64,000 nt of DNA from Rhabdothermincola salaria (GTDB taxonomy: Bacteria > Actinomycetota > Acidimicrobiia > Acidimicrobiales > Acidimicrobilacustridaceae). Made by a program: the position numbers and the translations under genes. This document shows, piece by piece, positions 47,777-55,467 of the stretch; within the stretch, counting starts at the first letter, position 1; each line of letters starts with the position of its first letter. The notes below the pieces were generated by a model. That model had not been told where the DNA came from, searched no databases, and worked only from the letters and a program-made list of their open reading frames with translations. Location of the stretch: positions 62,001-126,000 of the forward strand of contig NZ_JAJQXW010000002.1 of the NCBI RefSeq assembly GCF_021246445.1, given 5' to 3'.

Positions 47777-47808
47777 ACGACGGGGTCCTCAGGTTTCTGA
47801 GGGCCTCG
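47777..47808. repeat. Right copy of the 32-bp direct repeat, embedded in a hairpin at 47766-47792
   Basis: ACGACGGGGTCCTCAGGTTTCTGAGGGCCTCG; CTGAGGACCCC-ACGAC-GGGGTCCTCAG stem. Confidence 0.85.
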
Positions 47809-47881
47809 GCTCCAGGAGTCCCCGGCGGAGCACCTCGCGTCTCACCATCTCCAGGACGTCGGAGCCCGGGTGGCCCGTCGG

Positions 47882-48802
47882 TCAGAGGCGCCCGAGCTCG
47901 TCGGCGACGAGTCGGGTGATGTCGCGCTGCGGCCCGAGTCGCCACTCGCGCCAGGGGAGCCAGTCGTACCAGCGGGCCAGGGCGCGGAAGTCGAGTTCGG
48001 CGCTGATGAGCTCCTCGTTCGCGCCGGCCTGGGCCAGCACCACGCCGAACCCGGGGAACTCGGGGCCACCGATCACGCTGCCCCCCGCCCAGGTCGGTGG
48101 GCCATGGGCGTCGCCCACCCGGTTGGCCGACGCCGCGAACACCAGGTTCTCCTGGGCCCGGACCAGCGTGGCGTGCTCGAGGTTCTGGCGGGCACGCGGG
48201 AGGTCGGACCGCCCGGTGGGGTTGACCAGCAACCGGGCTCCCTTGAGGGCGAGCACCCGGCACAGCTCGGGGTTGTTGTAGAAGTCGTAGCAGATGGAGA
48301 TCCCGATCGGGCCGAGCTCGGTGTCGAACACGGGCAGCGCGTCGCCGGGGGTGAAGCGGTCGGTCTCGAGCGGGATGCCGAGGTGCAGCTTGCGGTAGGT
48401 GCCCACCAGGCCCGAGGGAGCCACCACGTTGGCCGAGTTGTGGAGGACCCCGCGGTCGTGGGCGTCGGCTTCCTCGAAGCCGTAGATCACGTGCACGCCG
48501 AGCGAGCGGGCCGCCTCGGCGATGGTCCCGCAGGACGGGCCGTCGGCCACCTCCGCCTGCTCGAGGTGCCAACCGCACGGGGCATGGGCCGCCGCGCAGT
48601 CGGCGCACTCCCCCCACGTGCCGAGCGCCAGCTCGGGGAACACCACCAGGTCGGCCCCACCGGCGGCCGCCTCGCCCATGACGGACACGACCTTGGCGAC
48701 CGTCGCCTTCTTGTCCCGAGGGACCGACGCGAAGTTGGCGCAGGCCACGGTGACGACGCTGGGACCGAGAGCAGGATCGTCGGGACGCACGCGATCGATC
48801 AT
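47882..48802 (-). CDS. Carbon-nitrogen hydrolase (nitrilase superfamily)
   Basis: E-K-C triad in FPEL, YRKLH and ICYD. Confidence 0.9.
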   Translation of the reverse strand: MIDRVRPDDPALGPSVVTVACANFASVPRDKKATVAKVVSVMGEAAAGGADLVVFPELALGTWGECADCAAAHAPCGWHLEQAEVADGPSCGTIAEAARSLGVHVIYGFEEADAHDRGVLHNSANVVAPSGLVGTYRKLHLGIPLETDRFTPGDALPVFDTELGPIGISICYDFYNNPELCRVLALKGARLLVNPTGRSDLPRARQNLEHATLVRAQENLVFAASANRVGDAHGPPTWAGGSVIGGPEFPGFGVVLAQAGANEELISAELDFRALARWYDWLPWREWRLGPQRDITRLVADELGRL

Positions 48803-48956
48803 GGCAGAAGGCACCCGACGGCGATCGCGTCCGCCCCGAGCCCCCCGTCGAGCGGACCGGGACTTCTCCCGGCCCCGACGCACCTGCCGCGGGGAGCACA
48901 CCTCGGCGCAGTCGGCCAGACTGCCGGGCCAGGGGTTCCACGAGGTGAGGGGCACG

Positions 48957-50030
48957 ATGGCACGACGGGTGATCCAGTTCTCGACGGGCAACGTGGGGCG
49001 CCACGCCCTCAGGGCCCTGATCGAGCGACCCGACCTCGAGCTGGTGGGGGTCCACGCCTCGAGTCCCGACAAGATCGGGTGCGACGCCGCCCGGCTCTGC
49101 GGGCTCGACGAACCCACCGGCGTCATCGCCACCGACGACATCGAGGAGCTGCTGGCACTCGAAGCCGAGTGCGTCGTCTACACGTCCCAGGCCGAGATGC
49201 GCCCCCAGGAGGCGCTCGCCGAGCTCACCCGCTTCCTGCGGGCCGGCACCAACGTCGTGGCCACGTCACTCGTCTGGCTGATCTACCCGCCTCACGCCGA
49301 TGCCTGGCTGGTGAACCCGCTCACCGAGGCCTGCCTCGCGGGCGGCACCACCATGTACGTCAACGGCATCGACCCCGGGTTCTCGGGCGACGTCCTCGCC
49401 TTCGCCGCGTTGAGCCTCACCACCCGGGCCGACACCATCAGGGTCCAGGAGATCTGCGACTACGGCACCTACGACGACGCCGAGTTCACCGGTGCGGCCA
49501 TGGGCTTCGGCACCGACCCCGACCACACGCCGCTCATGTTCCACCCCGGCGTCCTCACGTCCATGTGGGGCGGCCCCGTCCGGCTGCTCGCCGACGAACT
49601 GGGCGTGGAGCTCGACGGCATCGAGGAGCACCTCGAGAAGTGGGTCACCCCCGAGCCCATCGACTGCACGATGATGAGAGTCGAGCCCGGCCGGGTGGCG
49701 GCCGTGCGCTTCTCGGTGGAGGGCATCGTCGACGGTCGCCCGGCCATCGTCATGGAGCACGTCAACCGACTCACCCCGGCGGCCGCCCCCGACTGGCCCT
49801 ACCCTCCGGAGGGACACCTCGGGGTCCACCGCTGCGTCGTCACCGGCGATCCCGGCATCGAGATCAACACCCACGTCGGCCTGGGCGACACCGACGTCAA
49901 CACCGCCGGCGTCATCGCCACCGCGGCCAAGGCCGTCAACGCCATCCAGGCCGTCTGCGACGCGCCACCGGGTCTGGTCTCGGTGCGCGACCTCCCGCTC
50001 GCCCAGGCCACCGGCCTGATGCACTCCTGA
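48957..50030 (+). CDS. DapB-like NAD(P)H-dependent amine dehydrogenase / 2,4-diaminopentanoate dehydrogenase family
   Basis: STGNVG, GTNVV, NGIDPGF, MGFG, VNAIQAVCDAPPG. Confidence 0.82.
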   Translation: MARRVIQFSTGNVGRHALRALIERPDLELVGVHASSPDKIGCDAARLCGLDEPTGVIATDDIEELLALEAECVVYTSQAEMRPQEALAELTRFLRAGTNVVATSLVWLIYPPHADAWLVNPLTEACLAGGTTMYVNGIDPGFSGDVLAFAALSLTTRADTIRVQEICDYGTYDDAEFTGAAMGFGTDPDHTPLMFHPGVLTSMWGGPVRLLADELGVELDGIEEHLEKWVTPEPIDCTMMRVEPGRVAAVRFSVEGIVDGRPAIVMEHVNRLTPAAAPDWPYPPEGHLGVHRCVVTGDPGIEINTHVGLGDTDVNTAGVIATAAKAVNAIQAVCDAPPGLVSVRDLPLAQATGLMHS

Positions 50031-50176
50031 GGGCGCGAGCCCTCCACGGCCCAACGGTTGTGGCGATCGCCACGCCCGTCCCGGGAGGCGTCGGCTCGCC
50101 ACGTCACTAGGTTCGGTCTCGTGCCTCTCCCATCGGGGCGGCGCGGCTTCGCGCCCACACCCCTCTTCCAACCCGG

Positions 50177-51982
50177 ATGACCGCCACGCTCGAACGCTCC
50201 GAGCGGCACCTGCGCGGCTCGCTGCTCGCCGCCGTGCCGTTGCTGGTCGCCGTGGCGTTGTTGATGGCCGGCAACGGGCTGACGTCCACCCTGCTCGGGA
50301 TCCGAGCCGGGCTCGAGGGCTTCGCCCCCGGGATCGTCGGTGTGGTGCTGGCCGGGTACTACCTCGGCTTCGCCGTCGGCTCGATGGTCGCTCCCAGCAC
50401 GATCACCCGCGTGGGCCACGTCCGGGTCTTCGCCGGCCTCGCCTCCCTGGCCTCGGCCGCCGTGCTCCTGCACGTCATCCGACCCGAGCCGCTGACCTGG
50501 TTCCTCCTGCGCGCCGTGACCGGCATCTGCATCTCCGGGCTGTACGTGGTGACCGAGACCTGGCTCAACGGCGCGGCCACCAACCGCACCCGAGGCACGC
50601 TGTTCTCCATCTACATGGTCGTCGTGGGCGGCTCGCTGCTCGGCGGACAGCTGCTGTTCTCGGTCACCGACCCCGCCGGGTTCGGCGCCTTCGTGATCGC
50701 GTCGGTGCTCGTGTCGCTCGCCGTCGTGCCGATCTCGCTGGCCGACGTCGTGGCCCCACCGACGGTGGACCCGGCGCCGCTGTCGTTCCGGGCCCTGGTC
50801 GCCACTGCGCCCTTGGCCGCCGTGGGCGCGGCGCTGTCCGGCTTCACGGGCGCGGCCATGATCGGCGCCGGCGTGGTCTACGCCGCCCAGTCCGGCTTCG
50901 ACAACATCGCGACGGCCCTGTTCATCGCCGCCACCCTCGCCGGCGGCCTGCTCCTGCAGCTGCCTCTCGGCGCCTGGTCGGACCGGACCGATCGACGGGT
51001 CGTCATCGCCGTCGCCGCCACGCTGGCGGCCGTCGTCGCCCTGGTGGCCGCCACCATCGACGCCGACCGACGCCTGATCATCATCGCCATGACCATGGTC
51101 GCCGGCGGGGTGACCTTCCCGTTGTACGCCCTCTGCAATGCCCACCTCAACGACTACCTCGACTCCGACCTCGTGGTGGCCGGCGGGGCCCGCATGGTGC
51201 TCGTCAACGGCATCGGCTCGGTGGCCGGCCCCATTCTCGGCGCCACCGCGGTGGGCGCGTTCGGGCCCGGTGGCCTCTTCGTGGTGGTGGCGATCGCCTA
51301 CCTCGTCATCGCCGTCTACGCCGTCTACCGCATGACCCGCCGCGCGGCGGTGAGCGAAGACGAGCGGGCGCCATTCGTGCCCTCGCCGGTGGGCCTCGGC
51401 GCCACCACCCCCTTCGTCGAGACCGACGTCGACGAGCTGTACCCCCCTCACGAGGGGGTCGTCGTGCTCGACGGGCGGGGGTTCACCTACCGCGAGAGGG
51501 GCAACGGTGCCCCCGTGGTCCTCATCCACGACCACGACCGCGGCTTCGCCTCCATGGCCGGTCTCCTTCCGGCCCTCGCCGCCGACGGCCTGCGGGCCAT
51601 CGCCCCGTTCCTCGGCGGTCGCGACGACACGACCGCGGCCGACGACGTGCCCGCCGAACCCGACCGCCAGGACCTCGACGATCTGCTCGGGGTCCTGCGC
51701 CACCTGGAGCTGCCGTGGATCACGGTCGTCGGCTGCGGCAGCGGGGCCGCGATGGCGCAGCGGTTCGCCACCGAGCACCCCGACCGGGTGGAGGCCATCG
51801 TGGTCCTCGTCGACGATCCCGCCGAGGTCACCACCGCCGACGAGGCCGACACGCCCTCCCGACCCCGGCTCGTGCTCGACCGCATCGCGCTCGACATCGA
51901 CCCCGAGGACGTCGCCGACGACATCACCGACTTCCTGCGCCACGAGGTGCACGTCCAGGTGAGCGGCCCCAGCAGCGTCTAG
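50177..51982 (+). CDS. MFS transporter (YcaD-like) fused to a degenerate alpha/beta-hydrolase domain
   Basis: About 12 TM helices with ETWLN, QLPLGAWSDRTDRR, AHLND; C-terminal GNGAPVVLIH...VVGCGSG...HPDRV. Confidence 0.85.
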   Translation: MTATLERSERHLRGSLLAAVPLLVAVALLMAGNGLTSTLLGIRAGLEGFAPGIVGVVLAGYYLGFAVGSMVAPSTITRVGHVRVFAGLASLASAAVLLHVIRPEPLTWFLLRAVTGICISGLYVVTETWLNGAATNRTRGTLFSIYMVVVGGSLLGGQLLFSVTDPAGFGAFVIASVLVSLAVVPISLADVVAPPTVDPAPLSFRALVATAPLAAVGAALSGFTGAAMIGAGVVYAAQSGFDNIATALFIAATLAGGLLLQLPLGAWSDRTDRRVVIAVAATLAAVVALVAATIDADRRLIIIAMTMVAGGVTFPLYALCNAHLNDYLDSDLVVAGGARMVLVNGIGSVAGPILGATAVGAFGPGGLFVVVAIAYLVIAVYAVYRMTRRAAVSEDERAPFVPSPVGLGATTPFVETDVDELYPPHEGVVVLDGRGFTYRERGNGAPVVLIHDHDRGFASMAGLLPALAADGLRAIAPFLGGRDDTTAADDVPAEPDRQDLDDLLGVLRHLELPWITVVGCGSGAAMAQRFATEHPDRVEAIVVLVDDPAEVTTADEADTPSRPRLVLDRIALDIDPEDVADDITDFLRHEVHVQVSGPSSV

Positions 51983-51997
51983 GACCTGCCGCCTGCT

Positions 51998-52033
51998 CCG
52001 GTCAGCCGGTCAGCCGGTCAGCCGGTCAGCCGG
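51998..52033. repeat. (CCGGTCAG)4.5 tandem octamer
   Basis: Four perfect units plus CCGG between convergent genes; includes the stop codon at 52026. Confidence 0.9.
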
Positions 52034-55000
52034 GCGGACGGGCGGGCACCAGCACCCCCAGCTCCGCCATCCGCTCCCGGTAGCGCTCCCACGCCGCCGA
52101 CGCCTGCCCGTGGGCACCCAGGGCCCGCAGGGCGTCGACGAGGCCACGGTGGGCCGATTCGTCGTAGGGGTCGTCGGCGAGGAGCGTCCGGAAGCCCTCG
52201 GAGGCGCCCAGGTGGTCGCCGACCGCGACCGCCTCGGTGGCCGAGAGCCGCAGCACCCGCACGTAGGCGGCGGTGGTCTCGGACCGGAAGGCCTCGGCCC
52301 ACGGCGCGTAGGGCTCGTCGGGCAGCGCCTCGCCCCGGTAGGCGTCGCGGGCGGCCCGCAGGTGATCGACCGCGTCGGGGGCGCGCGCCGCGTGGGCCGC
52401 GACCGCGTCGTCGGCCAGGGCGAGGAAGCGCTCGGCATCGACGGCGACGGTCCTGGTGTCGAGCCGGATGGCACCCGCCTCGGTGACGACGTGGGTGTTG
52501 GTCGGACCACGGCGCTCGGGATCGAGCGAGCGCCGCACGGTCGACAACGCCACGGACAGGCGGTTGGACAGCACCTCGGGGTCCTCTCCGGGCCACAGCA
52601 GGTCCATCATCGTCTCGCGGGGCACAGGGGCGCCTCGGCGGGCCACGAGGATCTTCAACAGCTCACGGGCCTTGCGGGAGGTCCAGGTGGCCACCGAGCC
52701 GTCGAGGGCGGTCACCTCGAACGTGCCCAGCACGGCGAGCGACGGCCGTCCGGGAGGGTCGAGCGGCCGGGGCGCGTCGGCCCGCGCCACCACGGCGCCC
52801 GGCGCCGGGGGGCGGCGCCGGGCGAGGCGGGCGACGAGCTCCTCGAGGCGGGGCACGAGCACGGTCAGCTGCAGCTCGCGCACCGCCACCTCGGCTTCGG
52901 CGACCAGCGCCTCGACGCGGCCGGCGTCCCCCCGGTCCAGGTCGAGCAGCGTGCCGGCCAGGGCCAGCTGGGCTTGCGCCAACCAGGGCCGGGCCCCGAG
53001 GCGGGCGCAGACGGCGACGGCGCGATCCAGGTGGGCGACGCCTTCGTCCACGTGGCCGAGCCTCAACGCCAGCCGCCCGAGGGGGCGGGCCACCGAACCC
53101 CACACCGCCGCGCCCATACCGATGGGGACCACGTGGTCGGCGTAGGGCAGCAGCGCATCCCAGAGCTCGGCGACCACGGCGTCGTCGGCCAGGTCGGCGG
53201 CGGCGTCGGCGGCCGTCACCAGGGTCAGCAACGTGTGCTGCCCGGACACCATGGCGGCGGGCGAGGGGACGCGGGCCAGGGCCCCGCGGGCGGCATCGGC
53301 CCGACCGTCTCCCCACCACAGCCAGGCCAGAACCGCATCCCACAACGGCTCCTCGGGCTCGAGGCGCCCCATCTCCAGGTAGACGGGTTCCATCTCCGCG
53401 ATCCGTCCCCGCATCCAGAGAGCCACCCCGAGCTGACCGCCGTAGACCCCGGGCCCGTCGGGGTCCTCGAGCTCCTCGGCGATGGCCAGGCACTCGAGCG
53501 CCAACCGCTCCACCTGGTCGTGACGCCCGTCGAGCATCGCTCGCATGCAGCGGAACCACAGGGCGTGGCGTGCGAAGCGGGGTTCGGCGATGGTCCCGAG
53601 GACGTCGTCCTGGGCCGCCAGCTCCGCGTCGAGCTCACGCACGTCGCCGCGCTCCAGCAGGGCCCCCATCAGCAGGAAGCGGCCGTGCACGGCGAGGTCG
53701 TGCTCGCCGGTGTCCTCGGCCAGCGCCACGATCTCGCGCGCCGCCTCGAGGCGTCGACCGAGGGTGGCCGGGCCCAGATCGACGACGCTGGCGGCCACGA
53801 GCGCGATGCCCAACGCCACCGGGTCGCCCACCCGCCGGGCCATGGTCACGGCGTCGGCGGCGGCCCGTCGCGCCCCGGCGACCCGGGAGGTGACGGTGGA
53901 CGACGCCAGGTTGGCCAGCAGCCGGACCCGCTCGGTTCCGTCAGTCCCGGGGAGGGCCGCGAGGGCCTCCGTGCACTGGGCCGCCCGCTCCCGTGAGACG
54001 TCGCCGGTGAAGAAGTACTCGATGCCGTGGCGCGCCGCGATGCGGGCCCGGAAGGTCGGGTCGGGGACCTGGCGGGCCGCCGCCCAGGCTCGGGCGTAGG
54101 CCGGCTCGGCGGCCGGTCGACCGAAGGCCCGGGCCGAGGCCCCGGCGAGCTCGAAGCTCGTCGCCGCGATCATCCGGACCTCGTCGGGATGGTCGTCGAG
54201 CGCCTCGAGCGCCCTCTGGAGGTGGGTGACGGCGTCCTCGTGGGCGAACGACGCGGTGGCCACCTCGGCGGCGAGCGTGCAGGCCGCCACCGCCTCACGC
54301 CAGACGTCGGGGCCGGCCGCACAGAGGTGGTGGGCGCAGATCGCGGCCGAGGCACCGTGCTCGGCGGCGCGGGCGGCGGCGAGGCGGTGCAGCTGCTCGC
54401 GCCGGCCGGGCGGCACCGAGTCGGCCGCCACCTCGGCCAGCAGCGGATGGGTGAAGCGCAGCGACCGTCGCTCGCCGAGCACGCGGGCCGCGACCGCCCG
54501 ACCGAGGAGCTCCTCGGTCCGGTCGAGCGGAACGCCGACCAAGGCAGCCACGTCGGGTGCCGTCCCGCCCGGGCCGAGCACGGCCCGGGCCGCCAGCACC
54601 TCGGTCACCTCCGGTCCGAGCGCGGCCAGGCGGGTGCGTACCGCGGTGGCCAGCGCCGCCATGCCGATCTCGGGGACCGAACCCGTGGGGTCGGCCGTCG
54701 CCTGCAGGACCTGCTCGACGTAGAGGGGGTTGCCGCCCGTGAGGGCGTAGAGGTCGGCAGCTCGGTGGACGTCGCCGGTGAGCTCGGCCACCGCCTCCAC
54801 GTCGAGCCCGTGGAGGGGGACGACCTCGGCGACGTGGCGTAGCGCACCGAGGGCGTCGGCCACCCGATCGGTGACCTCCTCCCCCGTGCGCACGGTCGCC
54901 ACCACCGCGACGTCGGCCGTGCGGAGGTGCGCCAGCACGAACCGCAACAACGACAGGGTCGGCGGGTCGGCCCGGTGGAGGTCGTCGAGGACCAGCAGGA

Positions 55001-55406
55001 GCGGGGCACGGGACGCGGCGCTGTGCAGCGCAGCAGCGACGGCGTCGAACAACTCGAAGCGGTCTCGAGCCGTCTCCCCCTCGAGCACGAGCGGCGCCAG
55101 CTCCACCCCTCCCGTCCGCCCCCGGAGCTGGCGCACGATCTGGGTCCACGGCCAGTACGGCGGCGTCCCCGACTCGTCCCAGCAGGTGGCCCAGGCCACG
55201 CTGCGACCCGTGCGCCGGGCCACCCCCGTGGTCTCGACGGCGAGGCGGGTCTTGCCGATGCCGGCGTCGCCGACGATCAGGTGGAGTCGGGCTCCCCTCG
55301 CCGTGGGCTCGGTGAACGAGAGGGTGAGGGCCGCCAGCTCGTGGGCGCGCCCGACGAACCCGTCTGGGTCCGAGGCGGTAGCGCCTCGTGGGCGTGGGAC
55401 GACCAT
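52026..55406 (-). CDS. STAND/AAA_16 ATPase-TPR regulator with C-terminal OmpR-type wHTH and BTAD (alternative start 55430)
   Basis: FVGR, GDAGIGKT, LDDLHRAD, GGNPLY; C-terminal LGTFEV, SRKARELL, LWP, YRGEAL, DPYDE. Confidence 0.85.
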   Translation of the reverse strand: MVVPRPRGATASDPDGFVGRAHELAALTLSFTEPTARGARLHLIVGDAGIGKTRLAVETTGVARRTGRSVAWATCWDESGTPPYWPWTQIVRQLRGRTGGVELAPLVLEGETARDRFELFDAVAAALHSAASRAPLLLVLDDLHRADPPTLSLLRFVLAHLRTADVAVVATVRTGEEVTDRVADALGALRHVAEVVPLHGLDVEAVAELTGDVHRAADLYALTGGNPLYVEQVLQATADPTGSVPEIGMAALATAVRTRLAALGPEVTEVLAARAVLGPGGTAPDVAALVGVPLDRTEELLGRAVAARVLGERRSLRFTHPLLAEVAADSVPPGRREQLHRLAAARAAEHGASAAICAHHLCAAGPDVWREAVAACTLAAEVATASFAHEDAVTHLQRALEALDDHPDEVRMIAATSFELAGASARAFGRPAAEPAYARAWAAARQVPDPTFRARIAARHGIEYFFTGDVSRERAAQCTEALAALPGTDGTERVRLLANLASSTVTSRVAGARRAAADAVTMARRVGDPVALGIALVAASVVDLGPATLGRRLEAAREIVALAEDTGEHDLAVHGRFLLMGALLERGDVRELDAELAAQDDVLGTIAEPRFARHALWFRCMRAMLDGRHDQVERLALECLAIAEELEDPDGPGVYGGQLGVALWMRGRIAEMEPVYLEMGRLEPEEPLWDAVLAWLWWGDGRADAARGALARVPSPAAMVSGQHTLLTLVTAADAAADLADDAVVAELWDALLPYADHVVPIGMGAAVWGSVARPLGRLALRLGHVDEGVAHLDRAVAVCARLGARPWLAQAQLALAGTLLDLDRGDAGRVEALVAEAEVAVRELQLTVLVPRLEELVARLARRRPPAPGAVVARADAPRPLDPPGRPSLAVLGTFEVTALDGSVATWTSRKARELLKILVARRGAPVPRETMMDLLWPGEDPEVLSNRLSVALSTVRRSLDPERRGPTNTHVVTEAGAIRLDTRTVAVDAERFLALADDAVAAHAARAPDAVDHLRAARDAYRGEALPDEPYAPWAEAFRSETTAAYVRVLRLSATEAVAVGDHLGASEGFRTLLADDPYDESAHRGLVDALRALGAHGQASAAWERYRERMAELGVLVPARPPG

Positions 55407-55467
55407 CTCGGCGACGACGGTAGCCCCCACCGCTCGGCGGGTCGGGGCCGAGACGAGCGGGAGGTGA

